Below are positions 1 to 12,734 of a DNA stretch of 64,000 nt, piece by piece. Source of the stretch: Sphyrna mokarran (Eukaryota); contig JAGIQG010000014.1 of NCBI GenBank assembly GCA_024679065.1, positions 28,148,001-28,212,000 of the forward strand, given 5' to 3'. Below the pieces are notes generated by a model, which saw only the letters and a list, made by a program, of their open reading frames with translations, was not told where the DNA came from and ran no database searches. The translations under genes and the position numbers were made by a program. The stretch's first letter is position 1. The number at the start of each line of letters is the position of its first letter.

Positions 1-319
1 CTTCTATTGTTGCTGAACTGGGATATTTGAAGCAATATTTATTTTTAATTTGGACCGATGCAGTGTTCTGGACTTTTATAGTTTTTTGGGATTGCTGCCT
101 GGGGTTTGACAATTGACAGGTCAGGTGATGCCAGCTTGGACAGTTTCTTCCACAGGAAAAATCAAAGATTCTAGTTTAATTTTTGTCAGAAGCTGTTTGG
201 AACGTAGATCGAAAGCAGTGTTCGTCTCTCTCTCTCTCTCTCTCACTGGTGTTGAAAATTCTGCTGTCTGTGAATTGCAGCCAGAAGATAAAGTCAAACT
301 GTTTCTCTACCTCTCTCTA

Positions 320-2650
320 ACTAGGTCTCATTATGCGCAAATTGAAAAGGAATTCCTTACTTTAGTCTTCGCCTGTCAGAATTTCATTACATCATATTTG
401 GTTATTCTGTAACTGTTGAAACTTATCACCAGCCACTGATAACTATCTTAAAGTCTTTCCTCAGTGCATCTACATGATTGCAATGCATGATGTTGAAGTT
501 GCAATACTACAATTTTGGTGTCATCTACAAACATGGCAAGAAGCTGTACTTGTCTGATATCCCCTCCAGAGCCTTGTTACACACCACAGATTAGGTAGAT
601 CATAAAGGAGACATAGACATTATGACAATAGAAATGCTATCCTCTAGTTGTATTCAAGAAATCAAACAGGCCTTGTAGATGGACATGACATGCGGATAAT
701 TCCAAATATCATTATGAGGAGCTTGTCAGAATCCTTAAGAGAGCTTCCCCATGAGCTCTGCAAATTCTTTATCATAAGACATCAGAAATAAACATACAGT
801 TCAGGATAGACTGATACTGCATTGCCAGCAATTCGTCATCCTGACTGCTCTCCAGGGGTACTACACATACCAACTGCACAAAAGACACCCCAGGCTGGGA
901 ACAACTAGATACAGTAGAAAAGGAATCACTAAACTGGCTGTCCATGTGTGCAGAAATAAAAAGGGAAATCTTCAGAAGTGCACCATGCAGTGCACTCGAA
1001 TTGCATTAAGCAAAGGAACCATCACATTCACATGATGCCCGAATCTCCCAGGTTATTCATAGCCACCGATATCTTCACATGGAATGATAAACAACATTTA
1101 GTCTTAGTTGATTTGTAATCTGGATTCTTTGAACTCGATGACCTGCCAAACATGATAAGTAAAATGGCAATCATCAAGCTTAAGAGACACTTCATCACAC
1201 TCAACATTCTACAGAGACTCATAACAGATAAAGTTTGCCAATATGTCTCTGCTGAATTTTATAACTCTGCACACACATGGGACTTTTAACATTTTGCCAG
1301 CAGCCCCCTGTATCCATAGACAAATGGTTTGGTGGAATGGGCAATTCACTGAGCCAAGCATCTTTTAGGGAAATGTTGATTAAATGTTGCACCCCTCAAC
1401 CTGCAAAATCTACCATGACAGGGCCTGCCCTCATTAATGTGATGACTTTTTTCCAGGTACACTAGGAATTCCTGCTATAATTCCTATTATAATTCCTACT
1501 ACTAAGGTTCTGCTGCAGCCTAAATATGAAACCAATGTGAATGATGCCCTCTTGAGAAATGCATTAAAAATAATCATACCAGTTTAAAAATCACATAATC
1601 TTCAAGCTGCTAAACTGAGCCACACAGAAAAACTATGTGAAAATCACAGATCTTAATTAAAGCAGATCCAGATAATAGTCAAAAGACTATAAAATGAATA
1701 ATTATAAGGGAGGCTACCGTCACACAACATACACATAATATTTCATGTGCAGTTACAGCTTATCAGTATCTGTTCTAACAAGGAACAATGGACATGGGAG
1801 GTGATATACCATTGGTCAGACATGGAGCCATCATACTGGTCTCCAGAGGCTGGAAAATAGTATAGAAAGAAATACATGCTTGATATTGTCATTAGGTAGG
1901 ATTGCACAAATTGTAATTGGACAACCATTCCCTTTATATATTATGTCATCCTAATTGTTAATTGTGAGTACTCTTGTACAAAGAGTATAAATTTACATCT
2001 TTGATTTGTATATGCTAATTATTTGTAATTGAATCTGGTAATACATTTGTTTGTGTAACTCTGTATTCAGTGCTCTGAACTGCACCACCGACTGACTGCA
2101 GCTGATTTTTAAACACTAAAATTCCTGGCCACTTGAAGGGAACAAAATGTACAAGCAGCTCACCAGCTGCAACCCACGACATGATCAAGATGCTTACAAA
2201 CTTGGCCCTCTAACACCAGATCAAATGGTCAGGATTCAAGCAACACGTAGCCTTGACTTGTTAATGATGGCACACAATAATGTCCTGCAACTTAATAGTT
2301 ATGCGGTAGCCTTAGACAGTGCCCACTACGTATATAGTCACCATCACCAGTGGCAGAATCAGCACCAACAGATAACAAGGCACTTCAGTCATCTGGCCTA
2401 TGGCTCTCGCCCCCAAACCGGTGAACATGCAGACTCCTGTTAACACCAACGCAATGAAACCTTCACGTGAACAACATATAGATGAAACCTCCCACGTTGC
2501 TAACAGTTAGAATACTGGCCACAGACTATAACATCACCAACCAGTGAAATAAATGTGTGGTCACATGTTCAGGGCACCTGATTAGACTGAACACAAGATT
2601 CTTTATTACCACTTAGCCTTGAACCTTCAAATTTCAGTATGTTTTAAACA
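320..2650 (+). mobile_element. Decayed Ty3/Gypsy internal region (RNase H to integrase)
   Basis: YAQIEKEFLTLVFAC RNase H motif, followed by broken HQPL, RLQxMMLKLQYY and ATDIFTWNDKQHLVLVD..GFFELD integrase-like segments. Confidence 0.75.
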
Positions 2651-2707
2651 GAAAAGGGGGGGCGGGGGGAGGTGGGGGGGGAGTTGGTGGGAGCGGGGGG
2701 AAGAACA

Positions 2708-3033
2708 TGTAATTCCAGTTGCTACAGCTTAATCCATGCCTGAAGATATATGTAAATAGTTATTGTCAGATTGTTTATTTGTATATCATACAATGGCCTG
2801 TATGCGGTTTTCTATTGCATATGTAGTTACATTTCATGCCACTTGATGTCCCACCTAAACAAGGAAGATATAGGCCAAGTGGTCATCTGAGAATGTGATG
2901 ATATGGCTACAAAAGGGTTTATGTGGCAGGAACGTGGGTAGAGCACGTGTGTTGTATATGGCTGTTGAGTTCAGGAATAAACTGGATTTTGGAAGTTCTT
3001 GTTGGTGACTTAGGAAACCCACGACTTTCTACA
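2708..3033 (+). mobile_element. Probable 3' LTR of the Gypsy element
   Basis: TGTAAT...TTCTACA termini with an internal AATAAA, directly after a purine tract (2651-2707). Confidence 0.6.
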
Positions 3034-3324
3034 ATATGAATTTGAAACATTAACATTATTTCATCTTTCCATAGATACTGTGGATTTGAGACATTTTCCA
3101 GCATTTTTCTGTTGTTTCAGATTTCAGTATCCACAGTATTTAGCTTTTATTTCATTGATATAGGATCCTCATAAATGTACTAGAATATCAGGCTAGATAA
3201 TGTATTCAAACTCCTGGACTGAGGTTTAAATCTAGACAGACTCAGAATTGAGCCTGCCGCTAATGAATCATGCTGATACTTTAATTAAGTTTAAACTAGA
3301 GTTCTAATGGTGATGACTGGCTGC

Positions 3325-3600
3325 AGTCCTGGTGGTGCAGTGGATTTGTCATGGGACTAATAATCCAGGGACAAGATAACTCTCGCATCATCTGCAGATG
3401 GTGAAATTTGACCATGAAACCATTGTCACTTGTAAAGAAGGAAATCTGCTACCTGGCCTATATGTACCTCCAAATCTGAAACTATGTGCTTGATTCTTAA
3501 ATGCCCTTCAGCAATGAACTCAGTTCAAGGGCAATTAGGGATGGGAAATAAATGCTCGCCCAGCCAATGATGCTCATATCCCATGAATGAATTTAAAAAA
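3325..3600 (+). mobile_element. Decayed SINE sharing a LINE-type tail (gggcaattagggatgggaaataaatgct..cccatgaatgaatt)
   Basis: tRNA-like head; related pieces at ~50995-51210, 14384-14417 and 19225-19290. Confidence 0.55.
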
Positions 3601-3743
3601 ATACTCCCACCAATTCAAATTCATTATTACACAGTCTTACATCTCTCACTCATGGACTCAATATCATTTACACCCTCATATCATGTTGTCCAATTAACTT
3701 CATTACATTGCATTGTGGAACAGACTACAACTTCATGAAACCA

Positions 3744-4070
3744 AGGGCGGCATGCTGGCACAGTGGTTAGCATTGCTGCCTCAGAGTGCCAGGGACCCAA
3801 GTTTGATTCTGGCTTGGGTATTGTTGGTGTGGAGGTTGTATGTTCTCCCATTGTCTATGTGGGTTTCCTCTGAGTGCTCAGTCCAGTGACGAGCAGGTTA
3901 AGTATATTGGCTTTGTTAAATTGCCCCTTAGTGTCCTACGAAGTGGAAGTTAGATGGGATAGCTATGGTAAATGCATGGACAAGCCTGGGAAAGATGCTC
4001 TTCAGACAGTTGGTGCAGCCTCAATGGGCTGAATGGTCTCCTTCTGCACTGTAGGGATTCTATTGTTCTA
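3744..4070 (+). mobile_element. HE1-like V-SINE with CR1 tail
   Basis: gggcggcatgctggcacagtggttagc head, V-domain core (gtgggtttcctc..) and a CR1-like tail. Confidence 0.85.
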
Positions 4071-4811
4071 TAATAAATCATTAGTGATTAGAGCTAACTG
4101 TTTCAGCTAACTAACAATAGAGAGGAGATATTCTGAAAACACTGATTCGAGAAGTAATTTCCGATTTTGCTAACTGGTTCTGATATTTCAAAACTTAGTG
4201 TTTTTGAGTGTTCTCCAAATAAAGGCTGGTGAGTCAACCAGAATGTATTTTTCTGCCGAGTTGTAGATGAATCTGAAAGGAAATGGTGTTTATAAGAGGA
4301 AGTTGTCAACATTGTTGCTATTGTCAGCTTATTATCTTGCGCAATGTAAGTGTTAGGAAATGTAGCAGTTTATAATTTGCATAACCCAATTTACAGGCAA
4401 AAGATATTTCCCAAAGCATTTAATCGGGTCCAATAGGTACAAATGGTATAGCAAAACACTCAGGTGTATCAAATGCTGAGGAAAAGGCAATTATGAAAAA
4501 ATCTAGATGGACCGTCTGGCATTGACCTATTCACTGGAAATAACAAAGGTGCATTAGACAACTCAACTCTGCAATGTCCTCCTCATTGTCCCACTGACTA
4601 ACTAAGCAGCAACTTAATCACCATATCATACATTACTGACATTGTAGCATTCACTGTTGAGCACGTCCTTGCCACCAACAAGACAGATGCACCAGAGGTG
4701 GTAGTGCAGTGTTTTATAATCAGAAGCAACATTTCGGATGGACCCAATGAAACTTCATGACATCAGGTCAAAGGTGGGCAAGATAATCTCTTGCTGATTA
4801 CCACCTACTTT

Positions 4812-5030
4812 CCCAGCTTAGTTGGCTGGACAGTTGGTTCATGATACAGAGCAATACCAATTGTACAGGTTCAATTCCCGTACCAGCTGAGGTTTTCATG
4901 AAGGCCCGCATACTCAACTTTGCAACTCATCTGAGTTGAGGTGATCCTCAGGTTAAAATCATTACCGGTCAACTCTCCCCCTCAATGAGCAGAGCAGTCT
5001 ATAGTTATCTGGGACTATGGTGGCTTTACG
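4812..5030 (+). mobile_element. tRNA-derived SINE nested in the LINE
   Basis: A-box-like agcttagttgg and B-box-like GGTTCAATTCC; interrupts the LINE endonuclease region. Confidence 0.55.
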
Positions 5031-5453
5031 TGTAATTCCCTACCTGAATTGATGAGTCAGTGCTTGCCTTTCTGAACATCACTTGAAAGAAGCACTGAGC
5101 ATAACTGGAGCACACTATCTACTTCAGATAGGGGACTTCAATGGTCATCACCATTGCTTGGCAGACTATTACTGACCAAGTTGGCTGAGTCAGATTGGGC
5201 CCACAGCAAATGGTAAGAAAAGAATATTCAGGTAATAGATAACTTGCTTGCCTTTGACTTCACCACTTTACCTGTTGAAGCTTCAACTATCCATAAAGTA
5301 GTGATAGATGTGACCTCTGTACCATCCTGGTAGTGACGAACACCCATCTTCACATTGAAAATTCCCAACATCATGTAGTTTGACACTCCCACTGCACTAA
5401 GTAGAATAGATTCAGAACTGGCAGCCCAAGCTGGGCAACTATAACGAACAGTT

Positions 5454-5526
5454 GAACAAAGAACAAAGAACAAAACAGCACGGGAAACAGGCCCTTCGGC
5501 CCAACGAGCCCATGCCACCACCCCGA
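5454..5526 (-). mobile_element. Extreme 3' tail of the same CR1 subfamily
   Basis: gaacaaagaacaaagaacaaaacagcacgggaaacaggcccttcggcccaacgagccc matches the copies at 30623 and 19342. Confidence 0.8.
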
Positions 5527-5675
5527 CTACCAACATGAGTAGACTAGAAATCAATCATAATCTGTAACCTCATGACCCAATATATTCCTCACTCTGTCAT
5601 TACCATCTAGCCAGGGATCAACCTAAATGCAGTAGGGGGTGAATGAGAGCTGCTATCTCTGCAGTCCTGCCACAT

Positions 5676-6542
5676 TGTTGTGTTTTAGGATAAAATGGAG
5701 GAATGAAGGTGGTCCTGTGATCTGTTCTGGATTCTGCTGATGGTAGGCTTGAATGACTTAGTTATTAAAGATTAAAGTGGACCCAGTTTGTTTTACTGGG
5801 AAATGGGTGAAAAGTGTTCACACGAACACACAATGACAGAGGCATCTGTGAATGGACTGTTTGTGTGCAAGTTCCAAGCAGATGTTAAGAATGTCAAGTT
5901 GCAAATAATTATACTTTGAACTGGCTATTTCATTTCAAGAATAGAGTTGAGGCCCAAAGAATAGCTATTCAGCATTTCTACCTGGATACAAGGGCCATAT
6001 GATTCACATTGCTATGGAGATGAACTTTGCGAGAGAAAAGGCACTTAGAAAGCTACTGTGAAATTGGATTATAAAGTTCTCTAAAAGATTTCCCTGAATT
6101 TGATAGATAGAACAGTCTGTCAATATCTGAGTATCTGAGAGTAAGTGAGAGAGAGTGGGGACTGGAAACAAGAAATCTTACACCATGAATGATAGCTCAG
6201 GAGTTAAAAGCTACAGTTATGAAAAGAAAATAATGAAAGTAAACCTTGAGAGCTATAACGTAACTTTGGATTGGTTCTGGGATAATTATATGTCTCCATA
6301 AGGGACAATGTAAATTATATCTTTGGGTTGGGATTTTAGGTTGTATTAAAAGTAGTAGGGAAGTGTTCACTTCTGTAGTTTAAGTATAAGCTGTCTACAG
6401 AAATAATGCTTAGTTAATATTGCTTTAGTTTGTTACAGTAAAAATCTCAAAACTTGACAGCTTGTTGTGTAATCCTTTAAGCTGGCTACTAGGAATTCAA
6501 ATCTCTTTTTAAAAGTTTTCAGTCTTTAAGGAGATCCTAAGA
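5676..6542 (+). mobile_element. Probable solo LTR nested in the LINE
   Basis: Starts TGTTG and ends cctaaga (decayed taaca); the host LINE resumes colinearly after an imperfect acat/acac duplication. Confidence 0.45.
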
Positions 6543-9039
6543 ACACCCAATCATAAATGGTGCTGAATAATTAAAAAAGAGACAGAAGAGATGGCTCCCT
6601 AAAATCCCATTCCTCAATGCTGAGTGCAGCTTATCAGTATAAAAGACAAGGTGAGAGCACCTATAGCCAAAAGTGTTGAGTGGATAATGTACATCAATCT
6701 CTTCCCAAGGTCACACATGCCAATCTCCAACCAATTTTATTCACTCCATGTGATAACAAGAAATAGCTGAAGGCACTGTATGTAGCAAATGCTCTTGCAA
6801 TAAAATAGCTGTATCATTGAAGACATGAGTTCCAGAATTAGCCACACCCCAGCAAAACTGTTCCAGAGCAGCGACAACACCGGCATCTAATCAGCAATAG
6901 AAAAATTGTCTGAGTATGTCAGCAAAAAAACAGGACAAAACCAATCCTGGCCAATTGTCACCCCCATCAAGTTGTGATTGATGGTGCTGTTGAACACTAC
7001 TTACTCAGAAATAATTTGCTCACCAATGCCCAATTTGGATTCTGCCTGGGTCAGTCAGTTCCACGTCTCATTACAGCCTTGATTAAAATATGGACAAAAG
7101 TGCCAAACATTGAAAGGCAGATGGGATGATTATCCTTGACACTATGGTAGCATTTGACCATGTATGGGACTAAGCAACCCAGGAAAATTCAGGTCAATAG
7201 GAATTAGGGAGAAAAATTAGCTCAACGGAAGATGTTTGAGGTTGTGAAGGCCAATCATCTCAGTCCCATGACATTGCTACTAAGGAGTTCCTTAGAATAG
7301 TGTTCTAGGCCCAACCAATTTCAACTACTTCACCAATGGCCTTGGTCAGACATGGCAATGCTCACTGATAATTTAACAGTATTGAATACCAATTGCAACT
7401 CCTCTGATACTATATATTCCATGGCCATATTCAGCAAGACCTGAACAACATTCAGACTTAGATTGATAAATAGAACATAACATTAATGCTACTCAAGTGC
7501 CAAAAAATGACTATCTCCATTACCTAACTATGTACCAACTTGACACTCAATTCTACCATCAGTGAATCCCCTATCATCAACATCCTGGATGTTATCATTG
7601 AACAGAAACTTAAATGGGCCAGCCACGTAAATACTGTGACATTATGCCAATGAAAGACTGGGAATTTTGAGTCGAATAACTTATTTCCTGAATCCCCAAA
7701 GCCTGCTCACTATCTCCAAGGCATAAGTCAGGAATACGATGGAATACTCATCATTGTCTGGATGAATGCAATTCCAATAGCACTCAAGAGGCTTGACAGC
7801 ATCTAGGATAAAACAGCTTACTTGATCCACACCCAATCTACCAGTTTAAATATTTACACCTTTCATCATTACTGCACAGTGGCAGCAGTGTGTACTATGC
7901 ATAATTTCACTGTAGTAAATTGTCAAATTGATCATCTTCCAACTCATGACCTCTAGCAGACAAATGGGAATACTACTAATTCAAGTTGTTCTCCGGGCCC
8001 ACACATCATCCTGACTTGGAAATGTATCATTGTTTCTTCACTGTTGCAGAGTCACGACTTTACCGATTCAACAATGTCACTGAATGCAAGTCAAGAGCGC
8101 TCAGGGATGTGAGACTGTGAACACACACTTTCAGGAGGATTGCCTTTCTCCTTCCTATCTTCTCTATTTCATTGTCCTGAAAATAGTAGCCCAAATGTTC
8201 TACATGTTACATCCTGTCCTCCATGGAGGCATCTAAAGGATCTGTCCATCAAAATCGGGACATTTTTGTAATTATAGTTCTTTGTCTCAACTTCATTCAG
8301 CTTCAAAAAAAAATGTATTCTCATAGTTGGAGGCTGACCATCCAAACAGGATGTCTCCAGAATATGCTTTGATATTTGTTCTCAAGTTTTGTAATTAAAA
8401 AGGTCAAGAGGGCTGCATCTTGCACTGCAGCCACCAAGGAATGAATATTCTGATTCATGGCCTGCAGCTCCTATGGAAGGGCCAGCTGTGTGGGGAGTTG
8501 TGAGGATCAGCCAGATTCAAGGCATATTGGGCTGAGGTTTAAAGATAATTTAAGGGTAGCAACTAAATCCTAATCCCGGGGGGAAGGTGGGGGAGGGGGG
8601 GTAGGTTAAGTTGAGGTTTAGGCAAAAATGTGGTTTTTCATGGAGATTTTTAATCAATAACTTGTTATTTTGAGTGTTGTGCGGTATCATTATACTAAGT
8701 TAAAAGCTCTTGCGTTAGGAATTAATAAGTTGTTTTTCCCATTAATAAAAATGTTTGTGGTTGAGCTTTAAAGTCAGTGTCTGTGTAATTTGTCATTGAT
8801 AAATTCCTAAAGTCAAGAACCGACAGTAAGAGTTAAACGAGAGCATGCACATCTAACAATAATGATTGTGCAAGTAACAAGGAAAGAAACGATTACAGGC
8901 TTTTGCTGGTACTTCATTGTAGCAGCGTGATCAGCATGAGGAAAGGATAATCTTGCAGTAACTATTTACATTGTTAGTGACCGCTGCAAAAGAATTCTGC
9001 TATAAAGGCATCTAGTAAAATCTGGCTATCTGGTATAGA

Positions 9040-9181
9040 TGTGATGTAGAGATGCCGGCGTTGGACTGGGGTAAACTCAATAAGAGGTCAGGCAAAACCT
9101 GAGGAAGGCTACAAAGGCTGAAAGCTTGCAAGTTTACTATCAAATAAATTGGTTGCATTTAAAATTGGTGTTGTCAGACCT
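9040..9181. mobile_element. 142-bp Penelope-derived mini-element with hammerhead core
   Basis: 14-bp TSD CTATCTGGTATAGA (9026-9039, 9182-9195); inverted pLTR end, then CTGAGGA..GAAAGCTT and AATAAA, matching the ends of 45013-47080. Confidence 0.85.
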
Positions 9182-9199
9182 CTATCTGGTATAGAATCA

Positions 9200-9915
9200 G
9201 AAGAATGGCCACTCAAGATGTGGACAGGTTAAGCAGAATGTTTTTTGACAGATATGAAACCTGTAAATGTTCATGTGCATGAAGCACAGAAGCTTATCAA
9301 ACTGGTACACAATAAGGAAGGCAGGTGGCATTTTTGTCTTTATTGCAAGGGTATTGGGAGTCTTCTAACAGTTGCACAGACTACTGTGTGCAGTGTTTCT
9401 CACTGTATAAGAATAATTGTCTTGGTGCAATACAGTGAAGGTTCACTAGGTTGGTTCCTGGAATGAGTATATTGTCCTACACTGAAAGACTGAGAAATTG
9501 GATCTATATTCTATTGCATTTAAATAGATGAGAGGTGATCTCATTGAAGCATATGGGATTCTGAAGGAGATTGTCAGACAGATACTGAGGTAATTTTCCT
9601 AGTTGGGGAATCTAGAAGGTCGGGGGTGGGGGGGGGAAGGGGCACTTAGGATAAAGGGTCAATCAGCCAGGACTGAGACAGGAGAAATTTCCTCATTGAG
9701 AGGGTTGTGAATCATCGGAGTTCTTCACTTCAGAGGATTATAGGTGCACCCTGATTGATTGTATGCAAGGCTGTGATGGATTTTTCATTTCTCAGTAAAT
9801 CAATGGATGTGGCAGTGGAATTGAGGCAGAAGATCAGTCATGATCATATTGAATTGTGGAGTAAACTGGAGGAGCAGAATGGTAAACTCTGCTCCTATTT
9901 CATGTGTTCTAATGC
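9200..9915 (+). mobile_element. Degraded CR1 3' fragment
   Basis: Remnant RGDLIE motif (gagaggtgatctcattgaa) and a CR1 tail. Confidence 0.7.
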
Positions 9916-10427
9916 TCTCACTGTCTCTACTCTTTTGCCCCATCTTCTTTGTCTTCTCAATTAGAAGGCACTCTTCAGAAGGGCAGACAAATCACACGAG
10001 AAATCCAGACCAATGAGTGGCAGATGACTCTACCCAACATTTTCCTACTTAGCCCAGACTGTTGCTTTATTCTTCAAGTTGACTTTTAAAAAGATTACAG
10101 TCTAATTTCCAAGCACTCATCACATGACTCTCATTCTGCAAGAAACTGGCAATGGATATCATGCATGGACGTATACAAAATACAGCGGGATCAGGATTGC
10201 AGAACATTAGTAGACACAACTTCCAGCTCAGGAAACCAAATTCAGCATAACTGACCTTTTTTCCTCTGAATTTGCAAACGGTAAAAATGAACATCAGAGA
10301 GATGAATCTTTCTCTTGGAAGAAACTTTGCACCAGTTGGATACTGGCGGCAAAGCCATTGCAGAAAATATTTTCTTGATCAAAATGTGCCTCATTTCAAG
10401 AGCGTGTAATTTACTGAAAGCACAGCC

Positions 10428-10579
10428 CGTGAACGGATAAAGGAAACTCTTGCCGTTCACGTCAATACAAACTGAAGTTCAACTCTAGCCGCAAGATTCT
10501 GCAGCAGCTGTTAACTCAGCTAGTTCCTGTAGTGCCCCACATCTGTAACTCAGATAGTTCCTGTAGTGCCCGCATCATG
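10428..10579 (+). promoter_or_regulatory. Putative proximal promoter/5'UTR of the TIM gene
   Basis: 9-bp inverted repeat CGTGAACGG/CCGTTCACG flanking GATAA and AGGAAA cores; CRE-like CACGTCA; 34-bp tandem duplication containing TTCCTG immediately before the ATG. Confidence 0.4.
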
Positions 10580-10625
10580 TTAGCTGCTGGGGCTGTCGCT
10601 CATTTGACTGCACTCGTTTTATTAG
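10577..10625 (+). CDS. TIM-family receptor, exon 1 (signal peptide MLAAGAVAHLTALVLL-G)
   Basis: ATG at 10577 followed by a 16-codon hydrophobic leader; donor G|GTGAAT at 10626; phase 1 matches the IgV exon. Confidence 0.85.
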
Positions 10626-10799
10626 GTGAATTTCAGAATTTTTAAAAAAATGTATTTTTCTTACATGGCACCGCGCAATCAGTTATTCTAATACAATGTA
10701 AAAAGCGATTGTGTGTGACGGACTGGCCTGTGAAGAGATCCAGTACAGATTCTGGGGTGTTTAAAGGGTTTGATGGCATAAACTGTGTTTGTATTCTCG

Positions 10800-11140
10800 T
10801 GTGAGGGAATTGAGGTTTTTTAAAGTGAGCAAAGGTTTCGATAGGGGATAGATACAGAGAAACCGGCTGGGGGAAATTCAGAATAAGGGCTACAATTTTA
10901 AATTGGAGCCATCCACTTTATGAATGAGCACTGGAAGAATATTATCCCATAAAGGCCAATAGAAATCTAACGTTTCTCCAGAAAGCTTCCTGATCCTGGA
11001 TCAATTGAAATTCTCAAGATTGAAATCGATAGATTATTGTTCCTGAATAATATCAAAGGATAAGGAGATTAATGAAATATTGTTAACTCAGTGGAAGAGG
11101 CTCGGTTACTGAATATCTGGCTCCGGTTTTTATTTATAAG
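10800..11140 (+). mobile_element. Degraded CR1 3' fragment in TIM intron 1
   Basis: Weak similarity to the CR1 ORF2 C-terminus and tail. Confidence 0.5.
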
Positions 11141-11262
11141 TCACGATATTCCCGTCACGGCAGCTGGTTGTTAAGCTGTATTCTCTGTACTGTGCTGTCT
11201 GTTCATTCTCTCTCACTGCAATGGACACTGAATTATTCCTGTCTTTATCTGGATTGTTTCAG

Positions 11263-11610
11263 GTTCAGTCCCCTCTGCAAGAGGATCTGAAGTGCGAGGA
11301 TTCCTGGGGCAGTCAGTCACATTGCCCTGCACATACTCTGTTACACAGAATGGTAAAACTGAAATGTGCTGGGGCCGGGGATGGTGCCCTATATCGCACT
11401 GTTCACAAACACTGATTGAAACAAATGGGAAAACTGTAACTTCCAACATCTCCAAAAAATACCACCTTGATGGTAAAATAGAGGAAGGGGATGTATCTCT
11501 CACTGTGGATAATCTCAGTGAAGGAGACAGTGGCTGGTATTGCTGCCGTGTAGAGATATCCGGCCTTCTTAATGATCAGAAAAAGAATTTCAATCTGCTG
11601 GTTTTGGAAG
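11263..11610 (+). CDS. TIM-family (HAVCR1/HAVCR2/TIMD4-like) receptor, IgV exon
   Basis: Acceptor ttgtttcag|, donor G|GTAAGT at 11611, phase 1-1. Encodes GQSVTLPC..MCWGRGWCPISHCS..GDVSLTV..DSGWYCCRVEISGLLNDQK, the six-Cys IgV typical of TIM proteins. Confidence 0.95.
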
Positions 11611-12734
11611 GTAAGTCAGTTCAATATTATCCATTACTAATATTTCTCCCATTTCAATACTGATTCTACATTTATTGTTGATGTCTGTTTATCGAGGGAA
11701 ATTTCAGGATTGTACGGTTCAGAAGGCGGTGCCGTACAGTTTGAATCTGATATCCTATGGAAAAAAAAACTGTTCTCGTCTCTCTGGCCTCCAAATTATT
11801 CATCCAGCCTCTCCCGCTTTCCTCCAGTTTTTCCACTGCGTCCAAACTTTCTCCCTTCAAACTCTCCCCCGTCCCCTCGTCAGCCTTTTCCTTCTTCCAC
11901 CAGCCTCTCCAACCTTCTTCCAGCTTCTTCCCCTCCTTCCAACATCTCCCTCCGATCTCTCTCTTCCTCCAAACTATCCCCACCCACCAGAACTCTCCCA
12001 AAACCCTCCACTCCCTCCAGTCTCCAGGGGCCTCCTGGGGGCCTCCTGAACTCTCTCATGTCTCCCAAACTCTCTTCCACCCTCTCTCTCCCCCTTTAAT
12101 TTCCCCAATATCTAACCTGACGGGAAATTGCTGGGTGAGTGTGCAAAACTGCTTGGCAGGGGATAGAGGAGGAGGAGAAATTTGTTCTGGGACGTGGTTT
12201 GGGGCCAGTGGTGGTGTGGTTGATGGGAAAGAAGTGCTGAAATCTGGGGGTTGGGGAGGAGGGAGGTGGGTGAGCAAGGTGAGGGAAGGGGCAGGTGGGG
12301 CGGCAGAGGGTAGAGTTATACTGGATGAGGTATATGTTGTAAAGAAAGGAATAAAAGTACCTAATCGAAACATGGTCTGCATTATCTCAAGTTTGGTCAC
12401 TTTAATTTTATTTGGAACAAATAAAACTTTGAAATATAGAAAATAAATTCCATAGCGATTTTTTTTATCTGAATTAATTTTTTTTATCTGAATTAATCAT
12501 AAATATTTGAGCATTGTGCTTTGGGACAACTGATTGCATTGATATCGGATGAGCTGTATAATATTAAAAAATAGTGAAATTATTGATTTTGAGTGCAGGT
12601 GAAGTTGAATGATAATCAAATGATTATTTTCAATTGATATGAACACAGTTGAATGCTAATGGTATGAAACTTTTCAGATCAGATAGCTGCAGTAAAGCTT
12701 CCCTAATTTTCTATTTCATTCTCCTTTCAACTGA

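Larger units (their letters stand above)
4530..8110 (+). mobile_element. Old degraded APE-RT LINE (CR1/L2 supergroup), interrupted by younger inserts
   Basis: Remnant GDFN endonuclease and RT segments (QFGF, LD..AFD, VLGP); homologous to the - strand copy at 23958-26110. Confidence 0.7.

Noticed and set aside
11672-12446. Several overlapping 100-229 aa Pro/Ser/Gly-rich ORFs that might be a TIM mucin exon
   Set aside because: They arise from stop-poor low-complexity sequence open in several frames on both strands. They are not Thr-rich and have no convincing phase-1 splice sites.
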